A DNA stretch of 64,000 nucleotides, taken from assembly GCA_002457675.1 (NCBI GenBank), contig NTKK01000004.1:27666-91665 (forward strand). The letters run 5' to 3'. This DNA is from Bacteroidetes bacterium MED-G17. Lineage in GTDB: Bacteria > Bacteroidota > Bacteroidia > NS11-12g > UBA9320. The position numbers were made by a program, and so were the translations under genes. Below, in pieces: positions 28,674 through 40,309 of the stretch; positions within the stretch are counted from its first letter, which is position 1, and the number at the start of each line of letters is the position of its first letter. Below the pieces are notes generated by a model. The model saw only the letters and a list, made by a program, of their open reading frames with translations. It was not told where the DNA came from and ran no database searches.

Positions 28674-28748
28674 GCAAATATTCTTTAAAATGATGCTAAG
28701 TAACAAAAACCCTTGATCATTAACTTTTCAGAACATTATTTTGAGCTT

Positions 28749-29927
28749 ATGAAAACAGTATATATTGCTTCCGCCATTAGGACTCCTATCGGTAGTTTTA
28801 ATGGAATGCTATCAGATGTCGCTGCTACAGAACTTGGAGCTACTGCAATCAGAGGGGCATTGGACGATGCAAAAGTACATCCTAATGATGTGAATGAAGT
28901 ATTCATGGGCAATGTATTACAAGCAGGTTTAGGGCAAGCGCCAGCGCGACAGGCAGCTATTTTTGCCGGCATCCCAAATCAAGTACCATGTACAACAGTC
29001 AATAAAGTTTGTTCTAGTGGAATGAAGGCTGTGGCGTTAGGATGCCAATCGATTATGCTTGGCATTAATGATGTTGTGGTGGCAGGTGGAATGGAAAATA
29101 TGAGTCAAGTACCGCACTATTTAACTAAATCAAGAACAGGACATAAGTTTGGGTCTTTCAAAATGATTGATGGTTTAGAACATGATGGTTTGTTTGATGT
29201 GTATAATCAATATATGATGGGGAAAGCTGCTGATGAAACAGCAGAAAAATATAATATTTCAAGGCAAGAGCAAGACGAATTTGCCATTGAAAGCTACCAA
29301 AAATCAAGTAAAAGTTGGGCTGATAACAAGTTTAAGGATGAAGTTGTGCCAGTAAAAATTCCACAGAGGAAAGGTGAACCAATACTTATTGACCACGATG
29401 AAGAATACACAAAAGTTAAATTCGATAAAATACCGCATTTAAAGCCCGCGTTTGGAAAAGACGGAACAGTAACAGCCGCAAATGCTTCAACAATAAATGA
29501 TGGTGCTGCTGCTTTGGTTTTGGTTAGTGAAGAAAAATTGAAAGAATTAGGTTTAAAGCCAATAGCAAAAATTACAGGGTTTGCGGATGCTGCCCATGAA
29601 CCAGAATTGTTTACGACAGCACCAGCAAAAGCAGTACCCATAGCATTAAAAAATGCAGGTAAGCAGATTGACCAAGTTGATTTTTTTGAACTTAACGAAG
29701 CATTTTCGGTCGTTGGCTTGGTAAATTCTCAATTATTAAATCTTAATAAAAATCAGGTGAATATTCATGGAGGAGCAGTTTCTCTTGGTCACCCATTAGG
29801 AACTAGTGGTGCTCGAATTTTGGTAACACTTATTCATATTCTAAAACAGCAACAAGCGCAATGTGGTGTTGCAGGAATTTGTAACGGTGGCGGTGGTGCT
29901 AGTGCTATGGTTGTGGAAATGACATGA
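28749..29927 (+). CDS. acetyl-CoA C-acetyltransferase (thiolase II)
   Basis: MKTVYIASAIRTPIGSFNG; active-site NKVCSSGMKAV; C-terminal GHPLGTSGARI and CNGGGGASAMVVE. Start placed at MKTVY rather than the track start (28713). Confidence 0.9.
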   Translation: MKTVYIASAIRTPIGSFNGMLSDVAATELGATAIRGALDDAKVHPNDVNEVFMGNVLQAGLGQAPARQAAIFAGIPNQVPCTTVNKVCSSGMKAVALGCQSIMLGINDVVVAGGMENMSQVPHYLTKSRTGHKFGSFKMIDGLEHDGLFDVYNQYMMGKAADETAEKYNISRQEQDEFAIESYQKSSKSWADNKFKDEVVPVKIPQRKGEPILIDHDEEYTKVKFDKIPHLKPAFGKDGTVTAANASTINDGAAALVLVSEEKLKELGLKPIAKITGFADAAHEPELFTTAPAKAVPIALKNAGKQIDQVDFFELNEAFSVVGLVNSQLLNLNKNQVNIHGGAVSLGHPLGTSGARILVTLIHILKQQQAQCGVAGICNGGGGASAMVVEMT

Positions 29928-29996
29928 ATTGTTGTCAAAATGACATATCCACACTTTTGGCATGAAGTATGTTCGTCAGCATATAAATAAATTAAT

Positions 29997-30266
29997 ATGA
30001 ATATCAAACCACTTCACGACAGAGTTTTAGTCGAACCTGCGGCAGCGGAGAAAACAACAGCTGGTGGAATTATCATTCCAGATACCGCAAAAGAAAAACC
30101 TCAAAAAGGCACTATCGTAGCAGTAGGGCCTGGCAAAAAAGATGACCCTACCACAGTAAATGTAGGCGATACAATACTATATGGAAAATATAGTGGAACA
30201 GAGCTCCAAGTAGAGGGCAATGATTATTTAATGATGAGAGAATCTGACATTTTAGCAATCCTTTAA
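29997..30266 (+). CDS. groES: co-chaperonin GroES
   Basis: [14 protein letters not shown]...[26 protein letters not shown]. 89 aa, immediately upstream of groEL. Confidence 0.95.
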   Translation: MNIKPLHDRVLVEPAAAEKTTAGGIIIPDTAKEKPQKGTIVAVGPGKKDDPTTVNVGDTILYGKYSGTELQVEGNDYLMMRESDILAIL

Positions 30267-31913
<1,647 letters not shown>

Positions 31914-31935
31914 ACATAAAATGAAACAAAACGTA

Positions 31936-31966
31936 AAGTCACTCAGATTTGGGTGGCTTTTTTTTG
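31936..31966 (+). terminator. candidate intrinsic terminator after groEL
   Basis: aaGTCAC tcagatttgg GTGGC followed by 9 T. A short 5-bp stem (one G-U pair) with a long U-tract. Confidence 0.45.
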
Positions 31967-31999
31967 TTTGTATCACTTTATAATTTCTTTCTTTGCTAC

Positions 32000-33388
32000 A
32001 TGCGAAAAATTCCACTACACTGGCAAGTAATTGTTGCAATTTTATTGGGTGTTTTATTTTCATTTTTGGCCATACAATTCAACTTTAGGGAATTTTGTCT
32101 TTTATACATCGCCCCTTTTGGAGATATTTTTATAAATATTTTAAAGCTTATTGCTGTACCCTTAGTCCTCTTTTCAATAATCGCTGGTGTCGCATCTTTA
32201 GGAAATGTTAAAAAACTTGGGAATTTGGGAATAAAAACACTAGCAACTTATCTATTCACCACCATGACAGCTGTTTTTGTCGGATTACTTGTAGTAAATA
32301 TTTGGAAGCCTGGAAAGGATATAAATCCGCAGTTACGCTTGGAAAAAAGAATTGAATATGAACTTTGGCAGAAAAAAAACAATGTAAAAAAACTAGATAC
32401 AATTTGTCTCAGTTGCGATCAAAACAATCTTCATATCGTTCAAAAAATACAGAACAATAAACTTTACCCAAATAAAAGTGATTTTGTTCAAGACAAAATT
32501 GATAAGGCGAAACAAAATAAAACCAAAAGTCCTTTACAACCAATTGTGGATTTGGTTCCAAAAAATCTAGTCCTTGCACTTTTGGAGATGAAAATGCTGC
32601 AGATTATATTTTTTGCTATTTTCATGGGATTAGTTTTGGTAACCATCGCTAAAGAGAAAGCAAAACCAGTAATAGAACTTATTGAGGGCTTAAATGAGGT
32701 TTTTGTTCAAATGGTAAATATTATTATGGTTAGTATGCCATTCTTTGTCTTCGCGCTTATGGTTGGAACACTAACACAGTCTGCTAGCTCCCTTGGGGAT
32801 TTAACCGAGCAATTGTATTTTTTGACCAACTATTCTGGTGCAGTAATCATTGGCCTCTTATTCATGGCCTTTGTATTTTACCCTATTTTCATCTCTTTCT
32901 TCAAAAGAAAAATAAATGCTAGAAAATTTCTAAAAGGTATCTCTAAAGCACAACTAACTGCATTTTCAACAAGCAGTTCAGTTGCAACACTACCGATAAC
33001 CATGGATTGCGTTCAAAACAAATTAGGCGTAAGTCAAAATACTACAAGTTTTGTTATACCAATTGGAGCGACAGTAAATATGGACGGAACAAGCCTTTAT
33101 CAGGCAGTCGCTGTTGTTGCGTTGGCTCAATTTCATATGATAGATTTAGGCTTAAGCCAACAATTAACGATTGTACTTACAGCAACCCTTGCTTCTATTG
33201 GGGCAGCAGCAGTTCCAAGTGCAGGTTTGGTGTTGATGATTGTTGTTCTTGAAAGTGTAGGGCTAAATCCCATATGGATTGCCATTATTTTGCCAGTCGA
33301 CAGAATTTTAGATATGTGCAGAACAGTTGTGAACGTTACTGGAGATGCTGCAGTAAGCCTTATAATGGATAAGCAAAAAGTCGATTAA
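32000..33388 (+). CDS. dicarboxylate/amino-acid:cation symporter (DAACS/GltP family)
   Basis: MRKIPLHWQVIVAILLGVLF start; family motifs ...GTLTQSASS..., ...NMDGTSLYQAVAV..., ...DRILDMCRTVVNVTGDAA. About 75 extra hydrophilic residues lie between TM3 and TM4. Start placed at the internal Met (track start 31949). Confidence 0.85.
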   Translation: MRKIPLHWQVIVAILLGVLFSFLAIQFNFREFCLLYIAPFGDIFINILKLIAVPLVLFSIIAGVASLGNVKKLGNLGIKTLATYLFTTMTAVFVGLLVVNIWKPGKDINPQLRLEKRIEYELWQKKNNVKKLDTICLSCDQNNLHIVQKIQNNKLYPNKSDFVQDKIDKAKQNKTKSPLQPIVDLVPKNLVLALLEMKMLQIIFFAIFMGLVLVTIAKEKAKPVIELIEGLNEVFVQMVNIIMVSMPFFVFALMVGTLTQSASSLGDLTEQLYFLTNYSGAVIIGLLFMAFVFYPIFISFFKRKINARKFLKGISKAQLTAFSTSSSVATLPITMDCVQNKLGVSQNTTSFVIPIGATVNMDGTSLYQAVAVVALAQFHMIDLGLSQQLTIVLTATLASIGAAAVPSAGLVLMIVVLESVGLNPIWIAIILPVDRILDMCRTVVNVTGDAAVSLIMDKQKVD

Positions 33389-33539
33389 AGGCAAAATATT
33401 TAGATATTTTATGTAGTTTTCTAGTCCTCATCTCAAAATGTTAGACAATATTTTTATTTATTTGTTTCAACAAAAAACCCATTTCACATTGTTTGTTTAG
33501 GACAGACAACTATGTGGGTCATCAACTGTTCAAAGAAAA

Positions 33540-35843
33540 GTGAAAAAGAATCTAGTAATTGTAGAGTCTCCAGCAAAAGCCAAAACAATAGAAAAATTTT
33601 TGGGAGATGGGTTTGTCGTGAAATCATGCTTCGGCCACATACGTGATCTAAATAAAAAAGGAATAAGTATAGATATTGAAAATGGGTTTAAACCCATATA
33701 TGAAGTATCAGACGACAAGAAAAAAGTTGTTCAAGAACTCAAATCACTTGCCAAAAAAGCAGAAACAATTTGGTTGGCATCAGATGAAGACAGAGAAGGT
33801 GAAGCAATTAGTTGGCATTTATCTGAAGTCCTAGAGCTTGAAGAAAGCAAAACCAAAAGGATCGTATTTCATGAGATTACAAAATCCGCTATCCTTAAAG
33901 CGATAGAAAATCCAAGAAATATCAATAAGGATTTAGTAGATGCACAACAAGCCCGAAGAATACTAGACCGACTAGTTGGCTACGAACTTTCTCCTGTACT
34001 TTGGAAAAAAGTCAAACCTCAGCTTTCTGCAGGTCGTGTGCAATCAGTGGCGGTAAGGTTATTGGTAGAAAGGGAAAGAGAGATTCAAGCTTTCCAGCCT
34101 AGTTCAAGCTTTAAAATTGTCGGCGTTTTTAAGCACCCTAACGGAACTTTTCGCGCAGAATTAGACAAAAAAAATGAGGCAGAAAAAGAAGTTTATGGTC
34201 TTTTGAATTCATTTAAATCATGCCAATTTGAAATTGACGATTTAACAGTTAAACCTAGTCAAAAGAAACCATCTGCACCTTTTACAACTTCTACACTTCA
34301 ACAAGAGGCCAGTAGAAAATTAGGTTTTTCAGTTACACGTACCATGCTATTGGCTCAAAAACTTTATGAGGCAGGGCATATTACCTACATGCGAACAGAC
34401 TCTGTGAACCTCAGTGATTTTGCATTACAAAGCGCCGAAGAAGTAATAAATGCCAATTATGGTAAAGAATATCACCAAAAAAGAAAGTATAATACCAAAT
34501 CCAATAGCGCGCAAGAAGCTCATGAAGCCATTAGGCCAACTAATTTTAACAAAAAAAATGTACCTGCCGATAGTTCGGAGAGCAGACTTTATGAACTTAT
34601 TTGGAAAAGAGCAATTGCCTCTCAGATGAGTAATGCACTACTTGAAAAAACAACTATTGCTATAAACAATAGTCAAGATAAACCACTATTTAAAGCCAAA
34701 GGAGAAGTTGTGACCTTTGATGGATTCTTGAAAATATACTTACAGGGGTCAGATGAAGAACAAGAAGAAACTTTTGATGATTTGCTTCCTAAAGTGTCTG
34801 TGGGCGATGGTGTAATGAATGAAAAAATTACCGCAACGCAACGTTTTACAAGACATCCTGCACGATTTACAGAAGCTAGCTTAGTAAAAAAACTAGAAGA
34901 ATTGGGCATTGGTCGCCCGTCTACCTATGCGCCCACGATTACTACAATACAAAAGAGAGGTTATGTGGAAAAGGAAATTAAGGAAGGAAAAACAAGAAAT
35001 TACACCCAAATAATTTTACAAGCGCAGGAAATAAAAGCACAAAATCTAACGGAAATTACAGGTGCTGAGAAAAATAAATTAAGCCCAACGGATATAGGTA
35101 AAGTTGTTACTGACTTTTTAAATGAAAACTTTAAAACCATCATGGACTATGGGTTTACTGCCAGTGTAGAAAAAAACTTTGACGAAATAGCACAAGGTTA
35201 TAAGAAGTGGAGTAAAATGATCGATGAATTTTACGATCCGTTTCACCAGTCTGTTGATACAACTTTAAACCATTCTGCACGAGCCACTGGAGAAAGATTT
35301 CTGGGTGAAGATCCGCAAAGCAGTAAACCTATAATAGCAAGAATAAGCCGATTTGGGCCAGTAATACAGATAGGCAAAACAGAAGATAACGAAAAACCTA
35401 AGTTCGCAAACCTTAGAAAAGGCCAAACCATTGACACGATCAATTTAGAGGAAGCTCTTGAGTTGTTCAAACTTCCTAGAATTATCGGGAACTTTGAGGA
35501 AAATGAAATGAAAGTTTCTATTGGAAGATTTGGTCCTTACGTTCTTCATGACAGTAAATTCTATTCTTTGAATAAAGAGCTTGACCCTTACACCGTTAAT
35601 GCTGAAGAAGCTATTGAAGTCATAAAAGAAAAAAGAAAAAGAGATGCAGAAAAAATCATAAAAAAATTCGACGAAGAGCCAACCCTATTGATTCAAAATG
35701 GTAGGTGGGGTCCATATATATCATTTGGAAAGAGGAATTATAAAATCCCAAAAGAAACAGACCCAAAAACACTTGATTATGAATCCTGTATGACCTTGAT
35801 AGAGGAGCAAAATAAAATTCCGAAAAAAAGAAAAAAGAAATAA
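33540..35843 (+). CDS. topA: DNA topoisomerase I
   Basis: Toprim start MKKNLVIVESPAKAKTIEKFLG; active-site region with ...TYMRTDS...; lysine-rich C-terminal tail. 767 aa. Confidence 0.92.
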   Translation: MKKNLVIVESPAKAKTIEKFLGDGFVVKSCFGHIRDLNKKGISIDIENGFKPIYEVSDDKKKVVQELKSLAKKAETIWLASDEDREGEAISWHLSEVLELEESKTKRIVFHEITKSAILKAIENPRNINKDLVDAQQARRILDRLVGYELSPVLWKKVKPQLSAGRVQSVAVRLLVEREREIQAFQPSSSFKIVGVFKHPNGTFRAELDKKNEAEKEVYGLLNSFKSCQFEIDDLTVKPSQKKPSAPFTTSTLQQEASRKLGFSVTRTMLLAQKLYEAGHITYMRTDSVNLSDFALQSAEEVINANYGKEYHQKRKYNTKSNSAQEAHEAIRPTNFNKKNVPADSSESRLYELIWKRAIASQMSNALLEKTTIAINNSQDKPLFKAKGEVVTFDGFLKIYLQGSDEEQEETFDDLLPKVSVGDGVMNEKITATQRFTRHPARFTEASLVKKLEELGIGRPSTYAPTITTIQKRGYVEKEIKEGKTRNYTQIILQAQEIKAQNLTEITGAEKNKLSPTDIGKVVTDFLNENFKTIMDYGFTASVEKNFDEIAQGYKKWSKMIDEFYDPFHQSVDTTLNHSARATGERFLGEDPQSSKPIIARISRFGPVIQIGKTEDNEKPKFANLRKGQTIDTINLEEALELFKLPRIIGNFEENEMKVSIGRFGPYVLHDSKFYSLNKELDPYTVNAEEAIEVIKEKRKRDAEKIIKKFDEEPTLLIQNGRWGPYISFGKRNYKIPKETDPKTLDYESCMTLIEEQNKIPKKRKKK

Positions 35844-35844
35844 T

Positions 35845-36762
35845 TTGATTGAAAAATCTGAAATAGCATCTCTTATCTATCTTCTAGATGATAACGACAC
35901 TGAAGTGGTGGAGCACGTCACATCTAAACTTTTAAGTTTTGGGAACCAATTAATTCCAATAATTGAGGAAAATTGGTCTTTGTTAGATTCAATTGTCAAA
36001 CAAGAAAGAGTTGAAAATCTGATAAAAAAAATTCAATCTCAATCCTTGGAAAGTAACCTTAGGTCTTGGGTAAAATCAGACGAAAGAGATTTATTGGAAG
36101 GTCTAATATTAATAAACAAACTCTACCAGCCAGAAGTCAATATTACTGAAGTAAATAAAATGCTGGATAAAATTCGATTGGACGTTTGGTTAGAATTACG
36201 AGACGATTTAACCAGTTTCGAAAAAGTAAAAATATTAAACTATATATTCTACGATATACACAAATTCAAAGGGAACACTGAGGATTATCATAATCCGAAA
36301 AACTCATTTATTTATAATGTTTTAGAAAGTAAAACAGGCAACCCTATCCTCATGGCCTGTGTATACAGTATCGTAGCCCAAAAACTACATATTCCAATTT
36401 ATGGGATTAATTTACCTCAGCATTTCATTTTAGGTTATGTAAAACCAGAAATCGAAAAACCACATGTAAAGGCTAAATACAATAGTCCATACACTTTAAA
36501 AGAAAACGCGGGCAAAACTGCTATGTTTTACATTAACCCATTTAATAAAGGATTGGTTTTTTCTAGAGAAAATGTAAAATCGTTTCTTGACCAGTTGAAA
36601 ATTGAGCATAACGAATATTTCTATACCACCTGTTCACATGTTGAGATTTTGAAAAGAGTGGTAAGAAATCTAATTTATGCTTACGAAAAACAGACCAATC
36701 GCACTGAAGTACACCAATTGGATAAAATGATGGACATATTAAATGATGTCAACAATGACTGA
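35845..36762 (+). CDS. transglutaminase-like (Cys-His-Asp fold) family protein
   Basis: GNPILMACVYSIVAQKLHIPIYGINLPQHFILGY...YINPFNKG matches the transglutaminase-like core (Cys on a helix, His about 30 residues later, Asx later still). Function unknown. Confidence 0.5.
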   Translation: MIEKSEIASLIYLLDDNDTEVVEHVTSKLLSFGNQLIPIIEENWSLLDSIVKQERVENLIKKIQSQSLESNLRSWVKSDERDLLEGLILINKLYQPEVNITEVNKMLDKIRLDVWLELRDDLTSFEKVKILNYIFYDIHKFKGNTEDYHNPKNSFIYNVLESKTGNPILMACVYSIVAQKLHIPIYGINLPQHFILGYVKPEIEKPHVKAKYNSPYTLKENAGKTAMFYINPFNKGLVFSRENVKSFLDQLKIEHNEYFYTTCSHVEILKRVVRNLIYAYEKQTNRTEVHQLDKMMDILNDVNND

Positions 36763-37543
36763 AGAAAACTATCTCCACGTCAACAAAGACCTTTGGAACA
36801 ATCGAGTTAAAGGACATTATAGTTCGGATTTTTATGATATAAAAAAATTTAAAAAAACTAGAAATTCTTTAAATTCTATTGAACTAGATCTGCTTGGCGA
36901 CTTAACTGGAAAAAACATTTTACACCTTCAATGCCATTTTGGGATGGATACACTTTCAATGGCCAATATGGGTGCTAAAGCAGTGGGCTTAGATTTTTCT
37001 CAAAAAGCCGTGGATCAAGCAGGTAGATTACGCGATGAAATGGCTCTTGAGGCAGAATTTATATGTTGTAATGTGACCGATGCCGCAAAAAATATCAACG
37101 CAAAATTTGACATAGTTTTCACTAGCTATGGCACTATTGGTTGGATTCCTGAGCTCTTTCCGTGGGCAGAACAAATAAGCAAACTCTTAAAACCTGAGGG
37201 ACAATTTATCATGGCAGATTTCCATCCTATGGTTTGGATTTTTGACGAAAACTTTTCCAAAATATCCTACAGTTATTTCAATAAAAAATCAATAATAGAA
37301 AATGCTTCAAAAAGCTATGCAGGCGTAAAAGAAAATGGAAAATCAATTACTTGGAATCATTCACTTTCAGAAATCTTTAGTGCTTTGAGGGAATACAATT
37401 TAAAATTAGATGAATTTAAAGAATTTGAATATAGCCCTTACCCTTGCTTTTCGAATATGATTGAACTTGAAAACGGAAAGTTTTTGCAAAAAAATATAAA
37501 AGGAATGATTCCAATGGTGTACGCCATGAAATGGCATTTATAG
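36743..37543 (+). CDS. class I SAM-dependent methyltransferase
   Basis: Motif I-like ILHLQCHFGMDTLSMANMGAKAVGLDFSQKAVDQAG and a motif II acidic residue (IVFTSYG). Confidence 0.7.
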   Translation: MMSTMTEENYLHVNKDLWNNRVKGHYSSDFYDIKKFKKTRNSLNSIELDLLGDLTGKNILHLQCHFGMDTLSMANMGAKAVGLDFSQKAVDQAGRLRDEMALEAEFICCNVTDAAKNINAKFDIVFTSYGTIGWIPELFPWAEQISKLLKPEGQFIMADFHPMVWIFDENFSKISYSYFNKKSIIENASKSYAGVKENGKSITWNHSLSEIFSALREYNLKLDEFKEFEYSPYPCFSNMIELENGKFLQKNIKGMIPMVYAMKWHL

Positions 37544-37551
37544 AATAACTG

Positions 37552-39363
37552 TTGAGATACTTTTTTATTTACATTGTACCATTTATTTGTCTAAATGCAT
37601 TTGGACAAACTGATATCCAATTAGATACAATAATTGTAGCTGACAATAAGAATGAAGACTTAGATATTCAAAAGCATTTAAACCAACCATTGAGTAATGT
37701 ATTGTCTAGAGAAAATGTTGCTTTTGTAAAAAGCTATGGCCCAGGCAGTATTGCAACCTTTAGCGTAAGAGGACTGAGCTCAAGTCACAATCTACTAATT
37801 TGGGAAGGTTTACCAATGGCAAGCAGTATGCATGGAAATTTTGACTTATCCATTGTTCCAGTCTCAAGTACTAGCAGATATGTTCTAGACCAGAATGGTC
37901 AGCAAATGGCTATGGGAGGCGCTCTGCAAATATTCAAGCAAATGCCTGATAAAGAAGGGATTAAAGCGCACTTAACGCAAAATATTGGCTCATTTGGTCA
38001 ATATTCAAATTGTTTTTCTTATCAATCCAAAAAAAACAAGCTTTCTTCGAGTATTGAGCTAATCAATAGTAGATCAAAGAACAATTTCTCCTATAAAGTT
38101 GATGGAAGTGATGCAGTTTATAAAATGAATCGCGCAGAGTTTGAACAAACAAGTTTTCAAAAAAAACTCGCATTTCAATGGACAAAAAATATCTATATTG
38201 ATGCCAGCTACTTTTACCAAGAAAGTCATCGAAACATAGCAAAAAAAATTACGCAAAACGAGAGCTTATCAAGCCAAAAAGACAAAACAAACAGATTGGT
38301 TGGGTCAATGAAATTTGACCAAAAATCACTGTACTTGGAAGCAAAAATTGGTTTTAATAAAGAACAAATACATTTTACGGACAATCTAAATGGTATCAAT
38401 GCTCAGAGTGTTTTTGAAAGTTATATAGCCAAATTATTATTAAAAAATAAGCAGCCCAATCCTATAGAAGTTTTAATAATTAATACCTATTCCGCTGCTT
38501 TTGCAAATGAATATGGAGCCATTAAATATCAGAATCAAAACCAAATTGGATTACAAAAAATTATAAATAAAAATCGAAATATTTTTTCTATCGGCCTAAA
38601 TTCTAAAACCTGGGACAAAAAAAGAATAGAAATTTTGCCTCTTTTTGAGTGGAAAATATTCGCAAAAAAATCAATGCTATATACTTTCAATATCCAACGA
38701 AAAAACCGTATACCCACTTTAAATGACTTATACTGGGTGCGAGATATGAACGAAGAATTACATCCTGAAAATGGATGGTTTGCTGAATTTACACTTAATG
38801 GAAAATGGAAAAAAAATCACCATAAGATCCAATCAAAATCTCAAATATTTGGCCACTTAATAAATAACTGGATACAATGGACGCCCAATGAGAATTTTCT
38901 ATGGACAGCAAAAAATTTGCAGAGAGTTCGGGTCATTGGATTAAGTCAAAATATGTCATGGAAAAAAAACATAGAAAATATGTTTGTGGAAATTAAAAGC
39001 AAAAACCAAATTATAAATTCACAGTTTTTAGATAAAAGTAAATTGCCAAATATTCAGCCTTACGATATATTGTGGTATAGTCCTATCGTGCAAAGTCAGT
39101 TAGGTCTTACACTTGGTAAAGATTTGATTTCCGTGACATATTTCCATCAATTTTCGAGCAAAACTGTTGGGATAGTCCAGGATATCCCAGCCTACCATCT
39201 TGGGGGTGTGGAAGTTTTTGTTCAGAACACTTTTAATAAGAAGATTAATTTAGTTTTTTGTGCAAACAATTTGTGGAATCGAATTTATTTAATTACAGAA
39301 AATAGACCAATGCCACTAAGAAACTTTTCATTTCAATTTACATATAAATTAAATAATAAATAA
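37552..39363 (+). CDS. small TonB-dependent receptor-like outer-membrane protein (BtuB-sized)
   Basis: Signal peptide, a TonB-box-like DTIIVAD right after the signal, and a plug-domain motif (...GSIATFSVRGLSSSHNLLIWEGLPM). About 480 aa of barrel follow. 603 aa, no terminal Phe. Confidence 0.6.
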   Translation: MRYFFIYIVPFICLNAFGQTDIQLDTIIVADNKNEDLDIQKHLNQPLSNVLSRENVAFVKSYGPGSIATFSVRGLSSSHNLLIWEGLPMASSMHGNFDLSIVPVSSTSRYVLDQNGQQMAMGGALQIFKQMPDKEGIKAHLTQNIGSFGQYSNCFSYQSKKNKLSSSIELINSRSKNNFSYKVDGSDAVYKMNRAEFEQTSFQKKLAFQWTKNIYIDASYFYQESHRNIAKKITQNESLSSQKDKTNRLVGSMKFDQKSLYLEAKIGFNKEQIHFTDNLNGINAQSVFESYIAKLLLKNKQPNPIEVLIINTYSAAFANEYGAIKYQNQNQIGLQKIINKNRNIFSIGLNSKTWDKKRIEILPLFEWKIFAKKSMLYTFNIQRKNRIPTLNDLYWVRDMNEELHPENGWFAEFTLNGKWKKNHHKIQSKSQIFGHLINNWIQWTPNENFLWTAKNLQRVRVIGLSQNMSWKKNIENMFVEIKSKNQIINSQFLDKSKLPNIQPYDILWYSPIVQSQLGLTLGKDLISVTYFHQFSSKTVGIVQDIPAYHLGGVEVFVQNTFNKKINLVFCANNLWNRIYLITENRPMPLRNFSFQFTYKLNNK

Positions 39364-39364
39364 T

Positions 39365-40309
39365 ATGCGACTCTCATTTACCATACTCTTTTGTATCTCA
39401 CTCATTTCTGTTAAGTCCCAATCTACTGCCAATTTTGAAAATCTAAAGCTTGAAAAAAATACCTATTTAAATGGAAGTGATGAAAAGGGCGGATTTGAAA
39501 GTGGATCATTTTTCTTTCCCAATAGCTATAATAGTCAGTTTTCATCCTTCATAGGGTGGGCAATATCATCAACAACTGATACAACTACTGTTGGGTATCA
39601 AAATCAATATAGTTGCATTGACGGTATTGGAAATGACGCCTCAAATACATACGCTTTGGCTTATGCGCCAGGTGAAACTTACGTTCGGGTAAAACAAGGT
39701 GGTTCACCAAAGCCCCTAAACGGCCTTTATTTGAATAATGGCACTTATGGTACATTGAGTATGAAAAACGGCGACAATTTTGCAAAACGTTTTGGGGGTG
39801 TTGGTGGTGATGATAAAGATTTTTTCATGGTCACATTTTTCGGCTATCTTAACGGTCGAAAAAAAACTGATAGCGTAAATTTTTATCTTGCTGATTTTCG
39901 ATTTGAGGACAATAAAAAAGATTATATCATCACAGAATGGACGTTCGTGGATTTGTCGGTCTTGGGTGTTGTGGATAGCTTCTCATTCGTGCTTAATTCA
40001 AGTGATAAGGGTGATTTTGGCATGAATACACCTGCGTATCTATTTATCGATGATGTTTCATTAGATACCTCCTCTTCTATTTCATTTAGTCATGAAAAGA
40101 CGTTTGTCAGATGTTATCCAAACCCTACAAATGATCTTCTATATATTGATTCAGACGTGCCTTTAGACATTGCTATTTATACACTTTCAGGTGAACTTGC
40201 TCTTAAAGGTTCATTTAGTCAAAATGAAGGCATATCCTTGACCCACCTGCCAAAAGGGATTTACTTTATTCACACAAGTATGGGATATGGCAGAGTGATT
40301 CTATTTTAG
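39365..40309 (+). CDS. secreted hypothetical protein with T9SS C-terminal sorting domain
   Basis: Signal peptide. C-terminal CTD (VRCYPNPTNDLLYIDSDVPLDIAIYTLSGELALKG...LPKGIYFIHTSMGYGRVILF). Its start is 2 nt after the upstream receptor stop. Confidence 0.6.
   Translation: MRLSFTILFCISLISVKSQSTANFENLKLEKNTYLNGSDEKGGFESGSFFFPNSYNSQFSSFIGWAISSTTDTTTVGYQNQYSCIDGIGNDASNTYALAYAPGETYVRVKQGGSPKPLNGLYLNNGTYGTLSMKNGDNFAKRFGGVGGDDKDFFMVTFFGYLNGRKKTDSVNFYLADFRFEDNKKDYIITEWTFVDLSVLGVVDSFSFVLNSSDKGDFGMNTPAYLFIDDVSLDTSSSISFSHEKTFVRCYPNPTNDLLYIDSDVPLDIAIYTLSGELALKGSFSQNEGISLTHLPKGIYFIHTSMGYGRVILF

Noticed and set aside
29928-29996. Palindrome TGTCAaaaTGACA upstream of groES, considered as a CIRCE/HrcA operator
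   Set aside because: It does not match the CIRCE consensus (TTAGCACTC-N9-GAGTGCTAA). Bacteroidota generally do not use HrcA/CIRCE. It is more likely a weak post-thiolase hairpin or a coincidence.
33007-33252. 81-aa ORF in an alternative frame
   Set aside because: It is embedded in the DAACS symporter coding sequence in another frame, with no independent signal. The same applies to the other short track ORFs nested inside long genes (e.g. 3910..4125, 6393..6743, 7823..8074, 20504..20755, 22231..22467, 25322..25561, 29294..29641, 30588..30863, 35243..35470, 42156..42404, 43421..43780, 49873..50061, 52149..52364, 57041..57232, 58639..59142, 63573..63758).
33389-33539. 151-bp gap upstream of topA, considered as a small RNA or regulatory element
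   Set aside because: It is AT-rich with no stable hairpins or conserved motif recognisable by eye. It is most simply the topA promoter/leader region.
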